From a virus (Duplodnaviria; Caudoviricetes): a stretch of DNA of 64,000 nucleotides. Numbering within the stretch: the stretch's first letter is position 1; the number at the start of each line of letters is the position of its first letter. The stretch spans positions 1-64,000 of IMG/VR virus record IMGVR_UViG_3300048852_000007; one strand, written 5' to 3'. Shown piece after piece: positions 39,086-48,037 of the stretch. The position numbers were made by a program, and so were the translations under genes. The notes beneath the pieces are model-generated. The model was given only the letters and a program-made list of their open reading frames with translations. It was not told the DNA's origin and did not search any database.

Positions 39086-41200
39086 TCATTTGGCTACCCA
39101 GCCGGTGGTCCCGGTCCCGCTCTCTTTGACGTAAAGGCACGTACCTGCGCCGCCGTCTGCACGACGGTACTGGCTACCTACAGGCGCAGCTACGACGCCT
39201 TCCGGTGAACCGTTCCCAGTAAAATCCATCACGAATCCTGTGGTGGTGCCGGTGACAGCGTGCGCAGTCGGCATCCCGAACCGCACATCCGCAGTGGTCA
39301 GATCAATGGAGGTGATCCGCTGGCTAAGGGCGATATGCGCCCAGGCGATGCCGTCCGCGCCCGTTACCGTGCCGGTAGTGTGCGTAGGTGGATTTGCGCA
39401 GGTACCCCCGGCATTAGTCACCTGATAGACGCGGTTATTCGAGTGGAACTTGAATGCGCCGTAGCCGACGCTCTGCCCGTTCGTCCAAAGAGAGACCTTG
39501 CGTGAGAATCCGCCTACCACATTGTTTGTGGCGGGGGATTGAGACCATAGATCAATGTGGTCATCATCGTAGATCGCGTTGTTGCCGCTACTCGTGCCGT
39601 CGCTAAATTTGGCGGTGGCATAGCGATAGATGCGGTTGCCCGAAATGAAGTTGCCGTTTGGCTCGGCGGACCCCAGATTGAGTACCGCGACGAACTCCCA
39701 ACTTACCCCATCAACGACAACGGTACCGCTGGTATGCGTTGGGGCCGTTGTCCCGGAAGTGCCGGCCGCTGTCGCCCGATAGACATTTGCGCCGTGGCGG
39801 ACGATATTACCCGTCGTGTAGGACGTGGCCGCAGCCCAGGCGCTGAAGTTGCTGGCATCAATGCGAATGCCATAATCCTGCGTCTTAACGTCTTGATCGT
39901 CGTCGCAGAGATTGCCGCAGATTGTATTGTTCTGCGCTGTGCCGCCGCTGGAGGCACCGATACCAATCCCAGAGCGGCGGATGGCTGCGCCGTCTGGATC
40001 ATACTCCCAGAATTCCGGGTTATGGACCTGACCATTGGAGATGCAGGAGTTCCCCGTGACGGTGTTCTCCCGGCCGAAAACGAAGATGCCGTGGTCGCGG
40101 TTTTTGTAGCTCGTGTTGCCGGTGACGACATTGGCCCAGCCGGTGATGCTGATGCCGTTGTCCCCGCACCCCTCAGCGTGATTGCCGATGATACGGTTAT
40201 GGTGGGCGGAGTAGTTGAGCCCGATCAGCTCAATCTGGTTCCGGTCACACCAATTGCCGATAATCAGGTTGCGGTGGGCGCCTTGCTCAAGGCCAACGCC
40301 GAAGCCGCCGGTCCAACTAAACTCGCAATCCTGCACCGTATTACGCGAGACATTGGCCCCGACGAGGCCGACGCCGCCTGCGAAGCCGTCCCGGAACCGA
40401 CAGCGGCGATATGCATTCCCCGTGCTGGTGCTGGTGATAAACAGGGTGGAGGACGCATAGAGAATGTCGCAGTCTTCTACCACGCAGTTCGTCGCGTTCT
40501 GCATGAGGACGGGACCGCCCCGCGTCGTCACACCATCTTTGTTGCCGTCAAGAATTAGTCCCCGAACACGAGCGCCTGTAACCCCGTTCATACGGAAGAT
40601 GCGACCATGGCCGGTGGCACGGATCGTCGGGCGGCCAATGCCAAAGACTTCCTGCCCCGTTGCCAGATCAACGAAGCTGGTCAGGATGTAGGGGGTTATT
40701 CGATACGGCACCATGACTGGACGGCCGGTAGCGAATGCCCGCTCAAACGCGATCTGGTCGTTGATCGCCCCCTCAGTCAGAAAATCCAAAACGCTCACAG
40801 GGTCGTCTTGACGAATTTTCGATGCCAGGACCCTGGTGACCGCTCCGGTTTCAGTCTGTGTGAAGGTTGTCCCTATAGCGGCCTCAGTCGCAGACGCAGC
40901 TGCCGCTGCCGCTTGTGTTGCCGCACTGGCCGCAGAGGTGGCAGCGGCATCCGCTGAAGTATCTGCTGCCGTAGCGGCAGCTGCGGCCTCGGCGGCCGAG
41001 TCCAACACTTCAGTAATGTTGCCCAGGTTCTCTGCTACCTCGACAATGGCCTCCATATTGTAGGTGAGATATTTCACCGCATCGAGGCTATCGGCCACCG
41101 TTTTGACAGCAGGGAAGGTCTTCCCGATCATACGGTCCACCAAAGGATCGTAACCCGCCAAGTAATCAGTCGATGGCCGCATACCCATGGTCAGACCCAC
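39086..41200 (-). CDS. Tailspike 2/appendage: N4-type anchor, beta-helix and two carbohydrate-binding-like repeats
   Basis: N-terminal DPLVDRMIG anchor; many (I/V)TGN-type beta-helix repeats; W....Y..G..V..G..VY repeats; GSPEGVVAAPVGS...YVKESG..GWVAK end. Confidence 0.85.
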   Translation of the reverse strand: MGLTMGMRPSTDYLAGYDPLVDRMIGKTFPAVKTVADSLDAVKYLTYNMEAIVEVAENLGNITEVLDSAAEAAAAATAADTSADAAATSAASAATQAAAAAASATEAAIGTTFTQTETGAVTRVLASKIRQDDPVSVLDFLTEGAINDQIAFERAFATGRPVMVPYRITPYILTSFVDLATGQEVFGIGRPTIRATGHGRIFRMNGVTGARVRGLILDGNKDGVTTRGGPVLMQNATNCVVEDCDILYASSTLFITSTSTGNAYRRCRFRDGFAGGVGLVGANVSRNTVQDCEFSWTGGFGVGLEQGAHRNLIIGNWCDRNQIELIGLNYSAHHNRIIGNHAEGCGDNGISITGWANVVTGNTSYKNRDHGIFVFGRENTVTGNSCISNGQVHNPEFWEYDPDGAAIRRSGIGIGASSGGTAQNNTICGNLCDDDQDVKTQDYGIRIDASNFSAWAAATSYTTGNIVRHGANVYRATAAGTSGTTAPTHTSGTVVVDGVSWEFVAVLNLGSAEPNGNFISGNRIYRYATAKFSDGTSSGNNAIYDDDHIDLWSQSPATNNVVGGFSRKVSLWTNGQSVGYGAFKFHSNNRVYQVTNAGGTCANPPTHTTGTVTGADGIAWAHIALSQRITSIDLTTADVRFGMPTAHAVTGTTTGFVMDFTGNGSPEGVVAAPVGSQYRRADGGAGTCLYVKESGTGTTGWVAK

Positions 41201-41901
41201 CCTCGCTTATGGAAACGAGCATTCGAGGTGGAAATACTGGTACTCACCAGATCCTTGTCTTCCACCTCTCTACAGACCGACTCAAAGGCAGCGTAGTGCG
41301 CAAGGGACTTGGCAGTGCTGTTGTCGGAACCAATGCTACCGTAGACTTTATAAGCGATGAAGTTGGTCAATGCTTCTAAAAGAATATCTGGTAGCTCAAT
41401 GGTTTCTTCCAATTCGCCCTGAATTTTGTCGTGCTTTGCCTGGTACATTACAGACAAAGCCATATCGTTCTTCGGATAGGGGACCTGGAGCAGGTTTGCC
41501 TGGGGGGTAAAGAGCGAGAGCGGCTGCTCATCATCATTCAAAGGCAGCTTACAGCCGTTGCTGTCATAGACCGTCAGGATCTTGATGATGTCCCCTTTGA
41601 AGGGCTCCCCAGGCATATCCAGCAGATACCGGATGTCTTCGTCATCGCTCCCCCCTACTGGAACATAGTTCACGGCAAAGCGGGGATTGAGATGGTAGAA
41701 GGTAATATGGTCATAGAGCTGGACCAGAATATCATCCTCCTTGAGGACGAATCTGGAATACAGCTTCAGCAGACCCTCGTTCAGATGATGAATAATCTTA
41801 GGCTGAGCGGCAGCAGTAATGGTGCCGTTACCTTCGTTGGACATGGAAAGATTGGACAGCTCCCCGAAGGATAGTGCCCGGAACAGGTCATTGACGTTCA
41901 C
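41191..41901 (-). CDS. Head-tail connector (N4 gp67-like)
   Basis: LSFGELSNL, LY.RF.LKE, YQAKH motifs; position next to terminase. Confidence 0.82.
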   Translation of the reverse strand: MNVNDLFRALSFGELSNLSMSNEGNGTITAAAQPKIIHHLNEGLLKLYSRFVLKEDDILVQLYDHITFYHLNPRFAVNYVPVGGSDDEDIRYLLDMPGEPFKGDIIKILTVYDSNGCKLPLNDDEQPLSLFTPQANLLQVPYPKNDMALSVMYQAKHDKIQGELEETIELPDILLEALTNFIAYKVYGSIGSDNSTAKSLAHYAAFESVCREVEDKDLVSTSISTSNARFHKRGWV

Positions 41902-42146
41902 GACACCCTCACCATCAGCACGGAGCCATTGCGATACAGGCCACCGACGGTCACGCCACCAGAGGCAGCTGCTGCGTCATTTGCATGGTTCGGAAGGGAG
42001 GCGAGCCCGGAGAAGTGCTCAGCCACAGTAACAATGGCCTCCATGTTGGAGGCCACGTACTTGATCTCATCCAGGTTCTCGGACACTTCCCGCACAACAG
42101 GGAAAGCGTTGCCGACCATCCTGTCCACCAGGGGTGCGTAACTCAT
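41898..42146 (-). CDS. 82-aa protein paralogous to the tailspike 2 N-terminal anchor
   Basis: PLVDRM.G..FP.V..V...LD..KY...NMEAIV.VAE shared with 39086-41200. Confidence 0.75.
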   Translation of the reverse strand: MSYAPLVDRMVGNAFPVVREVSENLDEIKYVASNMEAIVTVAEHFSGLASLPNHANDAAAASGGVTVGGLYRNGSVLMVRVS

Positions 42147-42153
42147 TGGATCC

Positions 42154-43743
42154 TCACACGATGTAGGAAGACAGACCGCTCTTCTCGGCTTCCGGTGTGT
42201 CTGCGTCCCACGGATCGGCTTCCTGAGTGACAGACGGTGCCGCCTCAGACGGTTTCCAGGGGGTCAGGTACCCAAGCATAGATATAGTATCGAGGAAGTC
42301 GTCCTTCCCCTTCAGACCGCTCATGGTCGCCAGACGGATCTGGCCCATGCAATGTCCCATAATAATAGAGTGTTTTATCTCCTCAGGGAAATACATCATT
42401 CCTGATTTGAACCAGGGAACAACCAGGTTGAGCCGGGTGAGCTTGTCCACGACTGGGCGAATGCCTGGTTCACCGCTCTTCTCGGAGCTGGCGAAGTTGA
42501 ACCAGATGTTCCGGTTCATCATCTCGCCCTGAAGCCACTTGATGTAGGACTGCTGCTGGCCAGTGACCTCGATGCCCACCTGCTGGGGCTTGTATTTTTG
42601 AACCAGACGGAAGAGATCATTCCAGGTCTTGTCGATGCCCTGGCGTTCGCAGATCCCATCCACCCAGAACCAGTGACCCAGGTGGTTATAGGCCCAGACC
42701 GAGATCACGCTGAAGTCTGCCGTGGTCTTGGTGGAGGTGGCGATGTCTGTAGTGATGTAGAAGTTAAAATTACCCATGTGCTGGAGCAGCTGCGCCCGTG
42801 AATACCAGCGAATCTCCGCGTCCTGGATCAGGCGCTCCTCTTCCGAGGTAATCCGCAGCATGAGTTCCTGGAAGAAGCCGGCAAGCTTGCCTGTCTTCAC
42901 AGCCATGTCATACTGCTCTTGGACGTAATCAAAGGAGAAGCGGTCTTCCCATGCGCCCACAAACTCTTCTCTATTACATGGAAATCGTTCACAGACTGGC
43001 CAGACGTTTACGTCCCAAGCCCCGCTCTCGACCGCTTCGATGAGGATGTCTTCTTTTGAGAAGGGCGTGCCGTTGAAGATAACCTTACGGCGCGTCGGAT
43101 CGAGGGCATGGTTTACCCCCTTGTAGACCGTATCCTTGATAGCGAGCATGGCGGCTTTACTCTTGGAGTCGTCATCGCTCACCAGATCGTCCAGAATGGC
43201 AATCACCGGACGCTTACCAAAGATCTTGGTGCCACGCAGTCCAGTCTTGGCACCGAACATCTTAACACCCAGACGATTCCCTTCTTTACCAATGAACTCC
43301 ATATAGTTGTCCGTGAAGGACGCCTCTGGAATCCATTGCTGTAGGAACTCGCTGTTGTTGTAGCGGAACTCAATGTTCTTCCGGGCAGACTTAACGCCGT
43401 TCTCCATGGAGTCGGAGACGTAGATCATCCCCTCAATCTTCCCGAAGTCCGGGATATGGCCGAACATCGCCACGAAGAGGGTGAAGTATTCCATGAAGAG
43501 CGTGGTCTTCGCCGCTCCACGGAAGCAGAGATTGGCAATGTAGGAACCAGGTGAGATCACCTTGTCCAGCATCTTCAGATGGACAGGGGGAGTCTTATGG
43601 CTCTCTCCCTCCTTGCCGTTCACCAGCTTGATGAAGTTCATGAAGGTGAGGGCGAACTCACTCGGCAGGTAGTCCGGGGAGTTGAGCTCGGCATAGCTGA
43701 CCTGGTTCAGCCACTCATCCAGCTCCTGCTTAATGAGCGTCAC
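42154..43743 (-). CDS. terL: Terminase large subunit (N4 gp68-like)
   Basis: Walker A FRGAAKTT; Walker B IAILDDL; nuclease motifs ITTDIATS and DDFLDTIS. Confidence 0.95.
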   Translation of the reverse strand: MTLIKQELDEWLNQVSYAELNSPDYLPSEFALTFMNFIKLVNGKEGESHKTPPVHLKMLDKVISPGSYIANLCFRGAAKTTLFMEYFTLFVAMFGHIPDFGKIEGMIYVSDSMENGVKSARKNIEFRYNNSEFLQQWIPEASFTDNYMEFIGKEGNRLGVKMFGAKTGLRGTKIFGKRPVIAILDDLVSDDDSKSKAAMLAIKDTVYKGVNHALDPTRRKVIFNGTPFSKEDILIEAVESGAWDVNVWPVCERFPCNREEFVGAWEDRFSFDYVQEQYDMAVKTGKLAGFFQELMLRITSEEERLIQDAEIRWYSRAQLLQHMGNFNFYITTDIATSTKTTADFSVISVWAYNHLGHWFWVDGICERQGIDKTWNDLFRLVQKYKPQQVGIEVTGQQQSYIKWLQGEMMNRNIWFNFASSEKSGEPGIRPVVDKLTRLNLVVPWFKSGMMYFPEEIKHSIIMGHCMGQIRLATMSGLKGKDDFLDTISMLGYLTPWKPSEAAPSVTQEADPWDADTPEAEKSGLSSYIV

Positions 43744-44428
43744 TGGTCACATCCTCAGACACCACATCAATGATCCTCTGGGCGGCAATCTCCTTCGGAG
43801 AGGCCCCTCCCTGGATGGCCTGGCGCTGTCCCTGAGCCAGCTGGGTCAGGAGGGTCTTCAGCTCGTTCATGCCGGAGGTCTCCCGCATGTCGATGTTCAC
43901 CAGAGGCCCGGCTTCCTTCGGCTTGCCGAGGTGGGTGAGGATCGAGTTGGCGGCATCGGAGCGGACCTTCTCGCTGTTGGCGTTCAGCATGAGGTCGGCC
44001 TGGGTGTTGAGCGCCTTCTGGTAGAGATCCTGGTTCAGGACCCAAGAGGGAACCAGGGACTGCTCCAGGATCATGTTCACCAGCTTGCCTCGGGCATATG
44101 CCGCGACATATGCGCTGATGTCCTTGGTGGTGGTGCCCTTGGCAACCAGAGCCTGGTACCGCTGCGGGAAGGTGCGGATATAGGCGTCCTGGTTCGACAT
44201 CCCCATCAGCTTGAAGCTGACGTAGGTGACAGCGTGCAGGTAGTCCTCGGTCTTGAACTTCCCGTCCCGGAGCACACCCGAGTAGGAGAGGAAGTTCGAG
44301 CGTACCTGCTCAGCGATGAGAGGGTCCGAGACGATGTTGTTGATCTGGTCGGTCAGAGCCTGGGTCGCCGCCACCTTCAGATTGGCAGGCAACGCCTTCT
44401 CGACCATCTCACGCGATAGCATCTTCAA
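43730..44428 (-). CDS. N4 gp69-like protein (probable small terminase)
   Basis: GKFKTEDYLHAV.YVS.KLMG, SEKVRSDAANS motifs; directly upstream of terL. Confidence 0.82.
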   Translation of the reverse strand: MKMLSREMVEKALPANLKVAATQALTDQINNIVSDPLIAEQVRSNFLSYSGVLRDGKFKTEDYLHAVTYVSFKLMGMSNQDAYIRTFPQRYQALVAKGTTTKDISAYVAAYARGKLVNMILEQSLVPSWVLNQDLYQKALNTQADLMLNANSEKVRSDAANSILTHLGKPKEAGPLVNIDMRETSGMNELKTLLTQLAQGQRQAIQGGASPKEIAAQRIIDVVSEDVTSDAH

Positions 44429-44829
44429 CGCCCTCGGTTCGGTGTCACAGGGGGCGGCAGCAACACGCCATTCGGCTCGACCCGTCGGAAATAGTCCTGG
44501 AGCTCCTCAAGGGACTGCCAGTGCAGATTCGCCGGACCTGGGAGGAAATGGTCTCGACCATCTTGCTGGGACCATTGACCACCCAGCATCCCGTCTCGGC
44601 CGTGGTACTGGCTCTGATCAGAGAAGGTTGGGTGATTGGGCTTCTTGAAGGTGTCAGGGAAATGCCCTCGACCGTCTCCGGTCAGACCCTGGCTCCAGGC
44701 TCCGCGCATGTCATAGTCATACATATCCCGGAGACGGTTGTTCTCCGTCGCCCACTTCTGGAACGCTGCTTCCCGATCTGGGTCGAGCTGCGTGTTGAAG
44801 TGCTCAGAGAGGTCACGAGGGTCAGCCAT
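44425..44829 (-). CDS. Hypothetical phage protein (DYDMRGAW / FKKPNHPTFS motif family)
   Basis: ATG at 44829; ATGA overlap with the gp69-like gene. Confidence 0.7.
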   Translation of the reverse strand: MADPRDLSEHFNTQLDPDREAAFQKWATENNRLRDMYDYDMRGAWSQGLTGDGRGHFPDTFKKPNHPTFSDQSQYHGRDGMLGGQWSQQDGRDHFLPGPANLHWQSLEELQDYFRRVEPNGVLLPPPVTPNRGR

Positions 44830-44831
44830 GA

Positions 44832-45050
44832 TCAGTGGGTCTTCTGCTGTAGCGAGCTCAGGGCAAGGATGACCAGGACACAATCAGCAATCGCGTCGTT
44901 GTAGACCTCCTCCTCAAGCTCCTCAGGATTCATCAGGGCTTCTTCGGCGCAGGCTTCTGCCGCGTCATGCTTCCCCCGCTCGTAGCCATGAGCGCAGCCA
45001 AGGCGGTACGCCTCAGCCTCTTCAGGCGTCATGCTGACAACCTTAATCAT
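44832..45050 (-). CDS. Hypothetical protein, 72 aa
   Basis: ATGA overlap with the upstream gene. Confidence 0.65.
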   Translation of the reverse strand: MIKVVSMTPEEAEAYRLGCAHGYERGKHDAAEACAEEALMNPEELEEEVYNDAIADCVLVILALSSLQQKTH

Positions 45051-45238
45051 CGGGAAGCCACCTGCTGCTCGATGCATTCGGCGTGGACAACGACATAGCC
45101 CTCAGGGATCCAGCCCCTGGACCAGATCACCGCCTCAGGGCAGCTGCGAGCCTGGATCTTCAGGTTCTCGCAGTCATCCCCAAGCTGGCCGTTCTCGACG
45201 TTGCAGACGATCAGGGACAGCAGAACCAGGAAGGTCAT
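45047..45238 (-). CDS. Small secreted/membrane Cys-containing protein, 63 aa
   Basis: Hydrophobic N-terminus, four Cys; ATGA overlaps at both ends. Confidence 0.65.
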   Translation of the reverse strand: MTFLVLLSLIVCNVENGQLGDDCENLKIQARSCPEAVIWSRGWIPEGYVVVHAECIEQQVASR

Positions 45239-45426
45239 GCCGGCGGCTCCATGGTGCGGATGGTGTCGGCAATAACCTGCGCCGTGTTGTTCACGGCTGG
45301 CGTGTTGCTGCCCGTCCAAGATATGGCACGGGCGATAGCCCTCTCCCTCGCCTGCTCGAAGCCCTCTGCCAGGCCCTTGCGACAAGCCTCAGCCTCCCCC
45401 ATCGTCATGCTGCTGGTGTCGATCAT
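45235..45426 (-). CDS. Hypothetical protein, 63 aa
   Basis: ATGA overlaps at both ends. Confidence 0.65.
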   Translation of the reverse strand: MIDTSSMTMGEAEACRKGLAEGFEQARERAIARAISWTGSNTPAVNNTAQVIADTIRTMEPPA

Positions 45427-45587
45427 CGGACGTTCTCCAGGGTCTTCCAGCCGGACGGCTCTTCTTTCTTCTTCGTGAAATCCACATGGATGACGTTGTG
45501 GTCCTCGAAGACAAGCTTGGCTTTGGTGAGATCGAAGCTCAGCTTCTCACTGGCTCGACGGATCTCGGACTGCTCCCGTCTAGCCAT
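45423..45587 (-). CDS. Hypothetical protein, 54 aa (NVIHVDF motif)
   Basis: GGGAGAAGG RBS; overlaps both neighbours. Confidence 0.6.
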   Translation of the reverse strand: MARREQSEIRRASEKLSFDLTKAKLVFEDHNVIHVDFTKKKEEPSGWKTLENVR

Positions 45588-46020
45588 TGCTGGCGCCCTT
45601 CTCCCGAAGCATGAGCTCAAGGCGAGCCAGAGCATTCCAAGCTTCGTGCGCTGCATGAAGCAGGTTGCTGTCTGGGTCATGAGTCTCGCCCATCGCCTCG
45701 TAGAGCATGTGACGGCTACGGGCGTCGGAGTACCGCTCGATCCCGTTCGGCACACTCATCCAACCGTTCGGCGTGTACTTCTTCGCACCGAAGGTTCCGA
45801 CCTTGGCAACCTCCATTAGGGCACGAGCAAAGCCTCCCAGAACCAGGGAGACCATCGGCTTGCCGGCATCCAGCTTGGCACCGGGGGAGTGTGCGTCGAT
45901 GCCGTTCGGATCTTTCTCCACGGCAGTAGGCTTCTGTGATGCCAACTGGCGCTTGATCTCTGCGATAGTTTCAGCAGACGGGGACGGCGTGAAGGGGAGC
46001 TGATCGACGATGTGATTCAT
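45580..46020 (-). CDS. dATP/dGTP diphosphohydrolase-like protein (DUF5664 family)
   Basis: GAKLDAGK...V..FGAKKY..NGW...RY.DA..RH...DPDS.L.H.AH.AWNAL signature. Confidence 0.85.
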   Translation of the reverse strand: MNHIVDQLPFTPSPSAETIAEIKRQLASQKPTAVEKDPNGIDAHSPGAKLDAGKPMVSLVLGGFARALMEVAKVGTFGAKKYTPNGWMSVPNGIERYSDARSRHMLYEAMGETHDPDSNLLHAAHEAWNALARLELMLREKGASNG

Positions 46021-46427
46021 TGACGGCCACCATTCGGGAGGGTGCGCAGCATCCGAGTGACGCCACGGGTTTCTTGACGGGAGAGGATCCGGGATTCCGG
46101 GAGATCGGTGCAGCTCAGCAGGAAAGTGCCGAAGCCTGGGTCACGTCCGACTTCCAGCACCCGCTGCCCGCGCAGAAGGAAGTGCTCGACTTCCATGGCT
46201 ACGCCGGAACCAATGAGACCACCGGGGAAGGGGAGAAAGACGCAGCCATCACAGGCAGGCAGCACCCGATCCAGGAAGTAATCCATACCATCCTTGGCAT
46301 AGCCTTCCTGATGGTGCGGTTGGTTCGGGTTCTCGATGGTGAGCCCAAAGCGTTGCAGAGCTTCGACCAGCTTCTCCTCGAAGCCTGTGCCGTAGTCCGA
46401 GATCGGATGTGCGAAGTAGTAGCTCAT
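46017..46427 (-). CDS. Nucleoside 2-deoxyribosyltransferase-like (flavodoxin/TIR-like fold) protein
   Basis: YFAHP...NP...D.....CDG.VF......GSGVAMEV pattern. Confidence 0.6.
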   Translation of the reverse strand: MSYYFAHPISDYGTGFEEKLVEALQRFGLTIENPNQPHHQEGYAKDGMDYFLDRVLPACDGCVFLPFPGGLIGSGVAMEVEHFLLRGQRVLEVGRDPGFGTFLLSCTDLPESRILSRQETRGVTRMLRTLPNGGRQ

Positions 46428-46519
46428 TCACCCATCCTCCCAAGCGCTAGAGCGATACCGATCGTGACCACAAGGCTGATGGCTCCGTAGCCAAGCAGGA
46501 GCCAGACAACGGCGTTCAT
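46424..46519 (-). CDS. 31-aa single-TM peptide MNAVVWLLLGYGAISLVVTIGIALALGRMGE
   Basis: ATGA overlaps at both ends; GAAGGTGGA RBS. Confidence 0.6.
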   Translation of the reverse strand: MNAVVWLLLGYGAISLVVTIGIALALGRMGE

Positions 46520-46650
46520 GCTTCCACCTTCTCGGTTTGCTTGGTGGCGTTGGCAGCGGCGATGTAGTGGGCGATGATCATTTCCCGCCAAGCTGCTCGG
46601 CCCTTCTCATAGACATCCTGCCTCGGCTCTTGCTTTGCGTGCTCGGTCAT
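46516..46650 (-). CDS. Hypothetical protein, 44 aa
   Basis: ATGA overlaps at both ends. Confidence 0.55.
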   Translation of the reverse strand: MTEHAKQEPRQDVYEKGRAAWREMIIAHYIAAANATKQTEKVEA

Positions 46651-47885
46651 GCGGCACCGCGCAGGTGCGAGCGGGCCAGGACGTTCACCCTGGTGCGGCT
46701 CTCTTCACCTTCGTCGTAGTGGTAGGTGATGGCCTGGACGGAGTGACCGGAGCGCCAGCCACCATTGGTGGCGTAGGCATCCCGAGAGGCGAGAGTCTGA
46801 AAGCTCTCGACCCGGACACCGGCCTTCTCGACCGCACGCTCATGATGGATGTGCGCGGTGAAGAAAGCCCGGTACTCGGTGTTCCCCCAATCCTTCGCAC
46901 GATCACAGGCCATCATGCCGGGCAGCTCACCCTGCTTGATGGTATGGCCGTGAGTGGCGCCCCAGAGATTCTTACCGAAGCGCCGGTACCAGGCGAGGGA
47001 AGGGGAGGTGTAGACGCTGACCCGCTCGTGCTTCCGGTAGTAGAGCTGGAGCGCCACCCGCAGGGCTACGGCCACCTCCGGATCATGATTACCGGGGAGC
47101 ATGACTACCTCGACCTGCTCATGCTTCTGGAGCATGAAGTCGATGATCTCCAGCAGCAGATCAGCGCCGGCTTCCAGCACCTGCGGGAAGCGACCATCCA
47201 CATCGAGCTGGTGGCCAGACGCTGGGGTGACATTCTTCTGGTCGTTGGCGTGCAGGAAGTCGCCAAGGTTCAGCAGGGTGGCGGTCTTGCTGGGCGGGGC
47301 TTTGGAGATGAGCGAGCGATAGGCAGCCCGAGCACGAGCTATCGCAATTCCTACATCGTAGTCGTCGCCGGTCTCTCGCCCCCAGCTGTACATCCCGAGG
47401 TGTAGGTCAGCGAGCGGGTAGATCGTGTGGGTGTCAGCGTCCGAGTAGTCCGGGGCCTGAACCAGAGGAGCCAGGCCCTCGAACCGCTCAAAGGCCGACT
47501 GCAACGCCTCGACCAGGCCCTGACCCAGGGCACCATCACGGGTCTTGGTCCACTTGAGGACCAGACGGCCCTCAGCGTCGGTAGCGAAGCTCTCACCCTT
47601 AATAAGGTGACCAGGCAGCGGCTGGTACACCTCACCAGGTGCCGAGGCCATGGTGATCGACTGACCCTTGAGGTCGCCGTGCTTGTCGTAGGAAGCCGAG
47701 TGCTTCTTGACGACAAAGCCCTGAGAAGGGGTGGTCACCGATGGTGGGGCCACAGCCGCAGTCTTCTCAAGGGACTTGGCCAGGCGACGCCGGAGGGTGC
47801 TCTCCGGGATACCCAGGGCACGGGCCGCAGCCCGCTTGGTCTCATGCGCCGCTATGGCGTCCTGGATCTCATCGAGGGTGGGCAT
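46647..47885 (-). CDS. N-terminal HTH plus calcineurin-like metallophosphoesterase
   Basis: KRAAARALGIPESTLRRRL HTH; ADLHLG, NLGDFLH, PGNHD, ATHGH, AHIH phosphoesterase motifs. Confidence 0.85.
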   Translation of the reverse strand: MPTLDEIQDAIAAHETKRAAARALGIPESTLRRRLAKSLEKTAAVAPPSVTTPSQGFVVKKHSASYDKHGDLKGQSITMASAPGEVYQPLPGHLIKGESFATDAEGRLVLKWTKTRDGALGQGLVEALQSAFERFEGLAPLVQAPDYSDADTHTIYPLADLHLGMYSWGRETGDDYDVGIAIARARAAYRSLISKAPPSKTATLLNLGDFLHANDQKNVTPASGHQLDVDGRFPQVLEAGADLLLEIIDFMLQKHEQVEVVMLPGNHDPEVAVALRVALQLYYRKHERVSVYTSPSLAWYRRFGKNLWGATHGHTIKQGELPGMMACDRAKDWGNTEYRAFFTAHIHHERAVEKAGVRVESFQTLASRDAYATNGGWRSGHSVQAITYHYDEGEESRTRVNVLARSHLRGAA

Positions 47886-48037
47886 CACTGCTTGGCCTCA
47901 CGACCGTAGGCCCGGAGCCAGAAGACATTGGCTCTCTCTTGGACGGCTTGCGCTTCGGCATGGCGTCCCTGGGAGCCAAGGAGGGCGACCTCCGCGAAGA
48001 GCTCCTGTGCCTGGTTCCAGGCTTCTGGGTCGCGCAT
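47885..48037 (-). CDS. Hypothetical protein, 50 aa
   Basis: TGATG overlaps at both ends. Confidence 0.55.
   Translation of the reverse strand: MRDPEAWNQAQELFAEVALLGSQGRHAEAQAVQERANVFWLRAYGREAKQ

Noticed and set aside
45047-45238. Possible o-spanin lipoprotein
   Set aside because: LIVC is not a good lipobox, there is no adjacent i-spanin, and it is far from the lysis genes
45580-46020. Evidence for a 2-aminoadenine (Z) genome
   Set aside because: DUF5664 alone is insufficient; no purZ or datZ is visible in the window
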